A DNA stretch of 39,260 nucleotides from Eledone cirrhosa (taxonomy: Eukaryota), in the NCBI GenBank assembly GCA_964016885.1, contig CAXHJY010001649.1, positions 1 through 39,260 on the forward strand, given 5' to 3'. The notes beneath the pieces are model-generated. The model made no database searches and was not told the DNA's origin. It saw only the letters and a program-made list of their open reading frames with translations. Positions 24,085 through 35,647 of this stretch are shown piece by piece. Position numbers and translations under genes: made by a program. Within the stretch, counting starts at the first letter, position 1. Each line of letters begins with the position of its first letter.

Positions 24085-24987
24085 TTATCTTTTTCTCTTA
24101 ATTTCGAGTATATTTTTGACCGGCCACCTTCCTGGTGGCAAGGTTGTAAAAGAAAAGAAATTGTCATCCCTTGAATCGCAAGAATGTTTTGCAAATTTTG
24201 AAGGTGCCAGCTATCGCAGCCATTTGTAGACTGTGAATTAGGGGGCTGCGCTCTTTGTCCGCAAATTCAAATTCAGTTATACATTGTTCCAAGCGGGTTG
24301 GTATATAACCCGTAGCTCCAATAATGATGGCTAAGAAGCTAAAGGTGTATCTTGAATACTGGATTTGTAAACTCCTCATCAATGGTCCGTAGATGTCCTC
24401 CTTCTCCTGTATTTTTCTGAAAACGTTTACACAAGTGGGCAGCTGATCTCCACAACAGAACGCGTTTTCAATGTGTGGTCCCAAACAACAATATCAGGCT
24501 GTGCTTTAATTTGATTTCAGTTTTTATTTTCAGGTTCCACCAGTATTCCTTAGTGCTATATATTCTTCCTCGTTTGTTTTTAATTTTGTTTTCCGAAGTG
24601 TGTTCCAGTTGGTTCTAGCTATCCCATCGTGTCTCATGGAGAGGTAGTAGCGAGATGACATTCTTTCGCAGCTGGCAACAATGTGGCTTACATCCTCGAT
24701 CTTTGTTTTACATAGCCTGCATTTATTGTCAGCTGATGGCCCTCCACTTTTGTGCAGCAGATATTTGGTAGGGAGTTCTTGTTCCTGTATTGCATAGAGA
24801 TATGCCTCAATGGTGTGATGTCATAAACATGTCGGAACTCCATGCCAGGCTTTTTGTTCTGTGTTTTACGTCTCAAGTATCCGTGCACAACTTTTTCTGT
24901 AAATTGGTCAATTTTTTAATCTTGTTTGAACATTGAATAGGATCTTCCGATTTCTCTAGGTGAGAGACTTATATCAGGCTTTATTCC

Positions 24988-24990
<3 letters not shown>
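24085..24990 (-). mobile_element. 5'-truncated RLE-type non-LTR retrotransposon (R4/Dong-like), degenerate
   Basis: EAYLYAIQEQELPTKY...CRLCKTKIEDVSHIVASC (CCHC)...YLSMRHDGIA...YWWN...PDIVVW...KEDIYGPL...IIIGATG. Short 3'UTR with GCCACC/GGTGGC hairpin. Confidence 0.9.
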
Positions 24991-25018
<28 letters not shown>

Positions 25019-25064
25019 TGTATGTATGTATGTATGTATGTATGTATGTATGTATGTATGTATG

Positions 25065-25098
<34 letters not shown>

Positions 25099-25749
25099 TG
25101 TATGTATGTATGTATGTATGCATACATGTATGTATATGTATGTATGCATACATGTATGTATATATGTGTATGTAAGTATGTATGTATATGTATGTATTTA
25201 TGTATGTATATGTATGTATATGTATGTATGCATACATGTATGTATATATATGTATGTAAGTATGTATGTATGTATATGTATATATTTATGTATGTATATG
25301 TATGTATATGTATGTATATATATGTATGTACTTAAATGCGTATGTATATGTATGTACGTATGTGTGCATGTGTTTATGCATGTCAGCTATAAATAGATTA
25401 AGAAAATGAAAAAAAAACATTATATGATTCAGGGGGAGGAGAAAGAACTGGAATTATTGGAAGGGAGGGGGGGGGCAAGAGTGAGAGAGAGAGAGAGACA
25501 GTTAGAAAGAATAAGAGAGAGAAAGAGATGAAGTGAAAGCGAACAAGAGAGAGAGTATGTATATGGGGAGAGAGGAGGAGAAGGAGAGAGAGGGAGAAAA
25601 GGGTTGAAAGAAAAAGAGGGAGAAAGAGAGGAAGTGAAAGAGAACAAGAGAGAGTATATGTATGTGAGAGAGAGAGAAAGAGAGGATGAGGAGAGAGAAC
25701 AAGACAGAGAGAGATAGAGCAAGAAAGAAAGTAAGAAAGAAAGAAAGAG

Positions 25750-25784
<35 letters not shown>

Positions 25785-25788
25785 AAAA

Positions 25789-25844
<56 letters not shown>

Positions 25845-25879
25845 ACAAGACAGAGAGAAAGAAAGAAAGCAAGTCAGTG

Positions 25880-25918
<39 letters not shown>

Positions 25919-26845
25919 GAGAAAGAGAGAGAGAATATGCGTGCCTCTACCTATAGTCGGGTAGAAGAGAGAGAAATGGAGATATACTATGTACTAAAAG
26001 GGAGATATGAGAGTGAGTGAGTGAGTGAGTGAGTGAGAGAAGGTAAGAGAGAGAGAGAGAGAGAGGGCGGGTGGAGAATAAGAGCAAATAAAGGGGATGT
26101 GTGTATGAAGCGTAGTAGTGTGGAAAGGGGTGTTGGTGGGGGTTAAAACGTTGGGGCGTTTTGGGGCGGGTCGGAGCGTGCATAAACGTACGCATAAGCG
26201 TGTTTGAATGCGTTTCTACGTGTGAGTAGGTATGTGTGTGAGCGTCTATGTGTATGTGTGTGTGTATATGTGTGTTTTTGAGTGTGTGTTTGTGTGTGTA
26301 TGTATGTATGTGTAGGTAGTTATGTATGTCTGTTTATGTGTGTGTGTGTAAGAATATATATATATATATGTATGTGCGTGTGCGTGCGTGTGTGCGTGTG
26401 TGTGTGTGTATGTTTTTGAGTGTGTGTTTGTGTGTGTGTATGTATGTGTAGGTAGTTATGTATGTCTGTTTATGTGTGTGTAAGAGTATATATATATGTA
26501 TGTGTGTGTGCGTGCGTGTGTGCGTGTGTTTTTGTGTGTGTGTATTTGTAGGTACGTATGCATGTGCGTTTATGTGTACAAGTATGTGTGTGTATGTATA
26601 GGTACGTATGCATGTGTGTTTATGTTTGGAAGTGTGTGTGTGTGTGTGTTTGTGTGCTTAGAAATATACGTAGGTGGATTTGAATGACGGCGGGTAGATC
26701 CGGACTAGTTTTGGGTGAGGTAAGTCGATGGGTGGATAGGTGTGTTAGCTATGTGATGTGATCAGCTATCTATTTGAGCATATGTATGGATATTAGGTAA
26801 CTATATGTATATATGTATATACATCTCTTTAATAATCTCTCTCTC

Positions 26846-26903
<58 letters not shown>

Positions 26904-26951
26904 TTATAAAATATTTACTCGTTGTAACCCAACAATTTTAAATAAAATTTT

Positions 26952-26960
<9 letters not shown>
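24990..26960. repeat. (TATG)n, (GA)n/(GAAA)n, (TG)n and (TA)n simple-repeat field
   Basis: Directly visible, with short unique interruptions. Confidence 0.9.
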
Positions 26961-26986
<26 letters not shown>

Positions 26987-26997
26987 CTGTGCGTGTG

Positions 26998-27190
26998 TGT
27001 AAAAGATAAACAGAATAACAAAACAAACGGCACAGTATATGGAAGAAATATATTAGTTTAACGCTTGAAATAGCAGGAAGAGGGTCTTAGTGTTTCGGAC
27101 GCTAGACCTTCATCGGAAGAAAGAATGAAAAATTAAAAAATTAGAAAGATTGAAGGGACGGCTAGGGTGGAATCGGAAAATTGTTTTGAT
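26998..27190 (-). mobile_element. Older family A pLTR fragment with HHR variant (27085-27120)
   Basis: Minus strand TCTT-CCGATGA-AGGTCTAGCGTCC-GAAACACT-AAGACCCTCTTCCTGCTA, homologous to 5470-5650. Confidence 0.8.
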
Positions 27191-27439
27191 GTATGTATGT
27201 ATGTATGTATGTATGTATGTATGTATGTATGTATGTATGTATGTATGTATGTATGCATGTATGCATGTATGTATGTAGTAAGTTTATATGTACATACATG
27301 TATATGTGTGTATATATGTATATCTGTATGTATGTATTATTGTATGATACTACTTTTAAATCAGGTCACTCTCGAGTGCTACTGGTAACATGTAACCCAG
27401 TACAACTCGTCTCATGTACAACTGCCAGTACAACTCGTC

Positions 27440-27680
27440 CACGACTAAACCGTCAACCCCACCAAGTTTGTTTTGTAAGGAGTTTGATATTTGGACACCC
27501 TGTGGGATGAAATACAAGACTTGGCAAAGGGCTGAGGAACTCAACAGAGTCAACGGCCATCCAAATAGTACTTTCTTTTTCACCTGGGAGTGAAAGGCCC
27601 CCAGTTGTTGTCACAACACTTTTCTAAGAGAGGGAAACTCTGAAAAGAAAAAAGAAAAAAAAACCCTGCGGCTTCGGAAG
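27440..27680 (+). mobile_element. Diverged RTE 5'UTR-like module related to 8510-8700
   Basis: TAAAC..CAACCCCACCAAG...TTTGGACA.CCTG...CAAAGGGC..AGGA.CTC..GAGTCAA.GGCCATCCAAA...GAAACTCTGA shared. Confidence 0.65.
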
Positions 27681-27765
27681 CATCCGATGATGGTGACCAG
27701 TTCTCCTTTTCGGGTAGTGTTTTCAGAGAGTGGAATTGGTTGAGTGCAAAGCCTTTCCTAACACA

Positions 27766-27816
<51 letters not shown>

Positions 27817-28670
27817 TCACACACAGCGTAGCAAATGGAATGCCAACCTCTGTTTTGCTAGAGGTTTTTCACCATCCCCTTACTTCCTTTTAAGCACACA
27901 TACATTCACACAAACACACATACACATTATGTGACGGACGGAAGTCGTTCAAATTTATATATAGATTTTATAGAGTGAGATGGAGAAGAAACTTAGTGAC
28001 AGTTCATTAATTGCCTTTAATTTGAAGTAAATGTAGTAAAACTATGTAAGATATTTATCTGTCGGAGTGGATATAAAAATTAGAAATGTCGAAACGTGTG
28101 TGAACAAGAATAAATCATTCAGAGTGGTGAGGAATATTTTTGCTATGATTATTTCAAAGCTCTCCCAGTACTAAGATGGCACTCTTTTTAGAGGTAATAT
28201 AAAACTTGGCTAGGTTAAAGCGAATAGCTTCCAAGTTGTAATTAATCTTTTTCAAGTTTATATGTAATTTGAAATTGACATGTCATTGTTTACACTGATT
28301 ACTAAAAGTGAATATTACAGATTGTATCCTAAAGTGCAGTAAGTTCATTGTAGGACCTAGATGGTTTTGGTGTTAAAGATTTCCGAAATTAGCTTTTATT
28401 GGTTAGAATTAGCTACAATTTGCGTGACTTTGTGTAGTAGAATATGTTTTAATGCAAATTTTGTTATATAGTATTTATGTTATGGGAATACAACAAAGTA
28501 AATTACATGTATGTGCTTGGTGTACCTACAGTTAAATTATACGGTGGAGTTTACGATATTGCATTTCGTATTCTCATGGAGGCTCTTGACTGGTTGTACG
28601 CATATTTTGTCCTGAAATCCACTGCTGATATGTTGTAATTAAATTGTTCATTTAAAATTTGTTTCATTGC

Positions 28671-28864
28671 CAGACATGCCAACCTCTCAAAAACCAAACG
28701 TGGAATACTATGAAAAAAAGTGCCCAAAACGGGGAGAAATTAGGCAAAATGGGGAAATTTTACATAATGAAATCTATACCCATTTTTATAAGAGAAGACA
28801 TCTCTCACCCACCGCAAAGTGGGTAGGAGATCTTCCCGTCCGACGTGGAGAGTTGACAGATCTG
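28671..28864. mobile_element. 194-bp MITE, hAT-like TIRs, flanked by a 6-bp direct repeat
   Basis: CAGACATGCCAAC... vs reverse complement CAGATCTGTCAAC. CATTGC at 28665-28670 and 28865-28870. Confidence 0.65.
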
Positions 28865-29172
28865 CATTGCTGCAAAGTTTTAAACTAAATTGTTTATTAT
28901 ATTCGTAAGGGAGGGGTTGAAGTATTTGTATTTGTAGTGTAATGTCTCATTAGGTATTCTACAGGACGAATGTAATTAAGGTTCGGGGTGGCATATGCGA
29001 AACGCAAGGTTCTAAAGTTAGTGTCTCTAACAATTTTTATCTATACGTCTTCAAAAGAAATGTAAGTTCTTCCTGAATCTGAAGGAATCTATAGGTTGAG
29101 GTTCCTTAATAACAGAAACCCGTCGTTTCTGTATAAACCGCTTTTATATGACGAGATTTAGATTTTAATGTA

Positions 29173-29459
29173 AACTAGCAGAATGCCCTGGCGTTACTGG
29201 GGATTCTAAACATAGATTGGCATGTTTATCCCTCCTTTCTGAAACAGTTTCGTCGTATGTTCACTAATTGATGCAGAAGTCCTAATAAAAAGTGAAGTCG
29301 CCTTGGGTGAATAGGCAAATCATTTTCCATTACGATTTTTCAAAAGCATGTAATTGCGTTCCCTCTCTTTTTTGTTGTTATTTATGCTGCTGTCGAGCCT
29401 CGTGAAATAATACGTTTGTTTATATTTTTGTTATTGTGTATGCAAAAAATATCTGTAAC

Positions 29460-29496
<37 letters not shown>
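29173..29496 (+). mobile_element. Helitron/Helentron-type non-autonomous element (same family as 18753), (TA)n tail interrupted by the PLE
   Basis: ACTAGCAGAATGCCCTGGCGTTACTGGGG start and shared body. (TA)nGAT resumes at 33175-33206. Confidence 0.7.
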
Positions 29497-29499
<3 letters not shown>

Positions 29500-29623
29500 T
29501 AGTTAAGCACAACAAGACCACAAATTTCACAAGGAAGACATTATTAATAGATTGTCAACATATTTTAGTCTGATGTAAGGAATGTAGAGAATAATAATAA
29601 TAATATTAATAATAATAATGTCC

Positions 29624-29743
29624 GTCTACAATTGTTTCGCTACTCCATATAATATTTCTGGATCAGATGACTATATATCATAATTGATCTGGTTCAGTTG
29701 AAAATAATTAACATATTTAAAAGATAGAGCGGCTCATCGGAAC
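29624..29743 (-). ncRNA. Hammerhead ribozyme with extended stem II and CCGAUGA core (family C pLTR)
   Basis: GTT-CCGATGA-GCCGCTCTAT-[75 nt]-ATGGAGTAGC-GAAAC-AATT-GTA-GAC. Stem III palindrome ACAATTGT. Confidence 0.7.
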
Positions 29744-30119
29744 TTCAAAGGAATATAGATTAAAATAATGAGATAATGTTACATAATATAATGTTCCATA
29801 TAGTGGTTTTTACTATGGTGTCTTGGTTGCATCAGTTGTCAGCCATAATCAAGCAGTATTCATCTGTCGAGGCTGCATTGTGTGAGAGCTGCCTATGGGT
29901 AACAAGATGGCTGCCAAAGGGTATATTTACCTTACTAATTAGAGGGTGGTTTCAGGGGAAGTAACTTCTCGAGAGATTAGAAAGTGTGGGTGTTTATAGC
30001 TAAGTGCTAATTTTTAAATGTTTTTAATTGAGAGACAATGTAGGGGAGGTAACTTATAATTATCGAGTTGTTCATAGCAATTTAACTTATTAGCTACAAG
30101 TAAAAATGGGGCTACATGA

Positions 30120-32612
30120 CTAAGTTGGGTCAAAAATTCTATTGGCGAAGGAATTAACCCTTTGATGTTGACAGCTAATAGTTACCTCCGTTCTATTGTT
30201 AATCGGTAGAGGTCGTGATAGAGTTATATAATATGCTTCCGTAATACAGAGATCACAAGATTTTCTTCGTCCATTGAACGGTTGGGCCCTAGCCACGATA
30301 TCCCATTTTAGTGAGTGTTGAACGTTGTTTAATTTAAGGTTTTTAATGAGCCTAGCTAGCGATGTCGAACATCTGTTGCTAGGGTCTCGGAAGGAAAAAG
30401 AGTGCGCGTTATAGCGTACCTTAAAAGGGTTAGAGGTAGACCCGGTATAAGAGCTGGTATTCGAAGCAGTCTCAACCGTGCACCTATAGACTATGTTGGG
30501 TGTCAGGCAGTGTCCATTTAATGGGCATGCATTGGGGGTAACGGCAGTTGCAGTTGCTTCTGCGGTTAGTGAGAGTAGGGTTGTTTAACCTAAGCGGTAG
30601 GTCCGTGCTAGAAGGATTAGATGGGGGAGGTGTGCTACTAGAGTAATTATCGGTGTAGTGGCGTGGGGTATTTGATAGGGTGGTGGTACCGCGTTGTGGG
30701 AGTTATACTGTCTTAGCTTATGATGGTTACTGAACACGATGTGGCTAGCTAGGTTAGGTGTAGTGGAGAATGAGATTTTAATGTTATTTTTATTAAAGAG
30801 TTTGTAATATCTATGGTTGGGGGGGGGGCGTGTTTAGATAGGATAGAGAAGAAGCGTTTGGGGATATTAGTGGCTAGATTAGATGAGAATGGGGGGTTAA
30901 GCCAGGTGATATTTCTAGGTCTATTCCTTCTAGGGTTTCTAGTGGAGTTGGTAGGAGCCTTCCTAGGGTTATGATTACCTGGGGATTTGTTATTTATCAT
31001 CCCATTTCTCATTCCTATTCTAGGGTTTATTTTTAGTTTGCTACTTGGAGTGGGGAGCGGGCCGCTGCCACCATTAATGTTCCCTGTATAGGTGCTGTTA
31101 CTGCTAAAATTCCGGCGAATCTGGCTATATGCTAAGGTATTTCTAGTTCTAGTGTTAAGTTTATTATGGTGAATTGCTGTGTTATGGCATTTAGGTATGT
31201 AATAAATTGATTGTTTATAACCAGATTCAGATAGAGCCTTATAATATTGTGCGTGGTTTATAAATATCTCCTCATTTGCTGATAGCATTGAGATCCTATA
31301 AGAGATAGATTTGATTACTGCTCTGATGACTGCCGGTGGGTGGTTAGAGTGTGGGCTAATATATGTGAGTATTTCACCTGGTTGATGGTAAGGGTTATAT
31401 AGGTTATTGTTGACATCCAGGGTGACGTCTAGGAAGTTTACTACTTTATGGTTCGGCTCGATGGTGATAGAGAGACCGTTATTTTTGTAGAATCTATGTA
31501 ATTGTTTCTTTAGCAAATCGATTCCCCGATTAGTGCAATTGTGGACTGCAAATAGGGCGTCGTCCCTGTATATTCCGCCTTGCATGGGTTGGATTTGGGC
31601 TCTGATGTTACGTAATAGGTAAATCCCAACTAAATCGGTGATTTGCGCGGAGTCACTTGAGCCCATCGTAATTTCAAAGTTGTCTGTTCTATCTTTTCTA
31701 GTCCAGAATTCAATGATAGTCTGCCTAGCCATAAGTATGATGTTAATCTCATTATTGGTTATGTCCGAGTTGGTGGTTGCTAGGGCTAATGCTTTGTTGA
31801 GCAGTTCCGGGGTAATTGACGCGTAATAGCTGTCTATGTCAAATTGGATGAACCTCATAGATTGCTTGGACCTTAGATCGGAGAACCATCTAATGACTTG
31901 GCCGGTGTTGGACCACAACTTGTAGGTGGTATCATCCCGTAGCCCAGGGATTATCCTATTAAGCATGTTCTTACTGATGCGGCCCAGGTCAGATGTGGTT
32001 GGGCTTATGAGTCTAATAGATGGGTTCTCTATAAAGTTTGGCTTGTGATCCTTGAGAGAGAACCTTGGGGTTGTTGGTACATAAGGGTGGGTAAATCTAT
32101 CCAGATGCAAGTCCTTAACCAAAGCCTGGGCTTTTCGGTTAAGTACGTTTACACTGGAGGGTGTAGTTTTTTTATAGTTTTTATTAAGTTCTTTAAGAAG
32201 GAAAGAGTTGTAAATTTCAGGAGTCATGGTGTATAGATGTTTAGTTTTGTCAGACATAACATGTAAGAGGTGGCTATCCTTAAATTTGTTTATAGTTGTT
32301 GCTAATTTAGTGAGGAATATATTCTTGTGTCTATAATGCTTTTTTGAACTTAATGCTCCTGACGAAGTTGAATAAATCTTTCTCAAAAGGGTCCAGCAGG
32401 ATGTTGTGTGGGGAGTTCTTGCATGTGGTAAATCCATATCTATTTGCTGTACTTCCGGCGTCAGCAACAACCGCACGGTCAAAGTGGTACGCTTTCCATC
32501 TTATTCTTCGGATGTAGGAGTTGACACTCTGTATTAGGAGTTTGAGGTGTGTCTTCCTGTCCGGGATAGGTATGGACTTAAGTGAGATTCTGAGTTCCTG
32601 TTTGCTCAACAT
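30120..32612 (-). pseudogene. PLE RT-GIY-YIG polyprotein, frameshifted near 32340, 30820 and 30535
   Basis: SLKSIPIP..RRIRWKAY; LKDHKPNF..RLISP; FIQFDIDSYY; ITMGSSDSAQITDLVG; IYRDD; NFLDVTLD; SNHPP; ITWLNPPFS; NCNCR..NGHCLTPNIVY..YTGST..FKVRYNAH..CDLCITE..CQH. Stop at 30120-30122. Confidence 0.93.
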
Positions 32613-33171
32613 GGGAGCTCAAGTATACACAGTTCAAGAGTAACCAATCTTAAAGAGAGAGATGGAGATATGAGAGGAGATATGAGAGGAGAGATTGGTG
32701 AGTTAGTTAGAAGCCAAAGCGTAAAGACATGTGCTCAATGTGCAATATGCAGTAGAAAGCAGCTAGGTGGCTGGGTTCATTAAGAAGTTAGGTGCGCAGA
32801 GCTGGAAATATTCATTAGTTAAGCACAAGACCACACATTTCACAAGGAAGACATTATTAAAAGATTGTCAATATATTTTAGTTTGATGTAAGGAATGTAG
32901 AGAATAATAATAATATTAATAATATTATTAATATTATTATTATTATTCTCTACATTCCTTACATCAAACTATTCTAATGAATATTCTAATGAATATTTCC
33001 AGTTCTGCGCACCTAACTTCTGCATGAACCCAGCCACCTAGCTGCTTTCTACTGCATATTGCACATTGAGCACATGCCTTTACGCTTTGGCTTCTAACTA
33101 ACTCACCAAACTCTCCTCTCATATCTCCTCTCCTATCTCCATCTCTCTCTTTAAGATTGGTTACTCTTGAA

Positions 33172-33206
<35 letters not shown>

Positions 33207-33514
33207 TATATCCACAGTAAGTTGTGTGGTCTATTCTGCATGAAGATTTCGATATAATCCATATGTTGAAAATGTTGTAGGTTAAGATAAATCTCGGAAA
33301 ACAATAAAACATTAAAAGGAAAACAGAGTCATGATATAAGTTAAAACAATGAAATAAAAAATCAAGTCATTAGAGATATACTTCACTGCTTTACGATCGT
33401 TTCTAGATGATGATAATACATTGTAGCTATACTCAGTTATTGATCTATGTAAAGTTAGTTACAAACTATCAGATAAAGAGAATATTTACTTACATGCATA
33501 TCACCAGCTGTTTT

Positions 33515-33833
33515 CAAAAGCAATAATAATTTTATTCAATAATAATTTTATTCAGAATTAGTAGTATGTTAGTATCATGTCCTTATATGGAGGAAGTTGA
33601 AGAACTAACGAATCAAATTGTTTTTTTCATATGGTGTTAAGATGAAAAGTAATATACTTTAGTTGAGGTCATGACCCTTTGAAAGGAATGGTTGAAGGGT
33701 GTTAATAGTAGAATTGGCATACACATCTATTAGGAGGATCGTTAGTTCTTCAACTACCTCCAAATAAGGACATGATATTAACATACTACTAATTCTGAAT
33801 AAAATTAATATTGAATAAAATTATTATTACTTT

Positions 33834-33835
<2 letters not shown>
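33515..33835. repeat. Inverted repeat, about 97-bp arms (33515-33611 / 33739-33835)
   Basis: CAAAAG.AATAATAATTTTATTCAAT...GTTGAAGAACTAACGA and its reverse complement. Abuts (TA)n. Confidence 0.85.
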
Positions 33836-33876
<41 letters not shown>

Positions 33877-33899
33877 CAGATTAAAGTTTAAGCAAATAA

Positions 33900-34306
33900 T
33901 CGCTGCTTTCACCCTTAACGGGATCTTCTGAAACTAAAGAAATCAATCTGTGAACGCAGAAGTAAATATTTCGAAAAACGTTACACACTATATACATACA
34001 TATATACACACACACACAGATAGTGTCATAATGTTGTAATGCAGTCAGCCAGACATACAGACAGATATTATAAGGGTGCGACCTTATAGCTATATATCTA
34101 TCTAAACAGACAGACTATGAAAGATAGAGAAAGATCGCTAAATCGCCTAATGCGGTCAGTAGGGCATTGAAAGTTTGAAATATTTTTTTCCTCAAAACAC
34201 TCACACGACCATAAGTATTAAATGTGTAAAGTTTGAAAAAATTCGGTTGGGTGGTTCTCGAGTTTAAGGGAGACAGACAGATCTTCTCTGTTTTAGATAT
34301 ATAGAT
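33900..34306 (+). mobile_element. Helitron/Helentron-type element fragment (family of 2345-3775 and 22274-22583)
   Basis: CCTTAACGGGATCTTCTGAAACTAAA..CTGTGAACGCAGAAGTAAATATTT and CAGACAGATATTATAAGG blocks shared. Confidence 0.7.
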
Positions 34307-35145
34307 AAGATATATAACCCAGCAATATTGTTGACGCCAAGCCAAATTCTTGGGCGTAATGCTAATCTCAAACGGACTGTTGAGGTGTTTTGTTTTATTC
34401 AGATGGCTTGATTACAGTGAGAAATGTTCTTTCGTCTGTTGAGAATATTTTCCATATTTGAGTCTTTTATGTTGCCTATTACTTTAGCGAAATTGAGGGT
34501 ATTTAATATTAACTGTTCGCTGGTAGATGGATAATAATATTTAATGTCAAATCATAAGACGTTTCTCCTTGATTTGATTAAGATAGATACGAACCACAAT
34601 AAAATAGCTTGGGTATTATTTCGTTATATTCAAAAATAATTACGCTTACGTTTTGATAGAATTTTATCTAGTATATGTTTATTGGAAATAGCAATGCCAA
34701 TTTAAGTTAGATTAAGAGACTAATGGAACGTTTATATGCAACGTTATTCTTGTAGTCCTTAAATGTAAGGGCCTTTTGGTGCAATCGATTCTATTCTTTC
34801 CGGAATTCCTTGATCAGAATTTATTGTTTTACCATGGGTCGTGGTGTTCTCCAACGTAACCTCCTTAGTTTCTACAAAAGTTTTATGTATAGAATTAAGT
34901 TTTTAAAAAATTATGGTCGATCGGTTTATATTTTTCATACAAGTTTATATTTTTATCTGTTGATTGAATATTTTGACGTTTTGCTGTATTTCACTGTTAA
35001 TATTTTATCTTCCATTTTTGTTTTATAGAAGCTATTGAGGTTTCTTCAAAATTTCTTTGAATATTTTGATTAACGCAAATAGATACACTGGGAAATTTCA
35101 TTTTGAAGTGGACAAATTATATGCAAATTAGTATGTTCATTTCAG

Positions 35146-35575
<430 letters not shown>

Positions 35576-35647
35576 AAATATATATTACAGAGTAGTTGCA
35601 TATATGTATATATATATATACATATGTATCTATATATAATATAATAT

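Larger units (their letters stand above)
29497..33175 (-). mobile_element. Near full-length Penelope-like retroelement (family C) with direct pLTR and inverted 5' pLTR
   Basis: RT plus GIY-YIG. 29497-29613 repeats at 32813-32923. 32629-32818 is inverted at 32985-33175. (TA)n on both sides. Confidence 0.93.

Noticed and set aside
27519-27557. Hammerhead-like CTGAGGA-ACTC/GAGT
   Set aside because: Followed by CAAC, not GAAA. Homologs read CAAAGGA.
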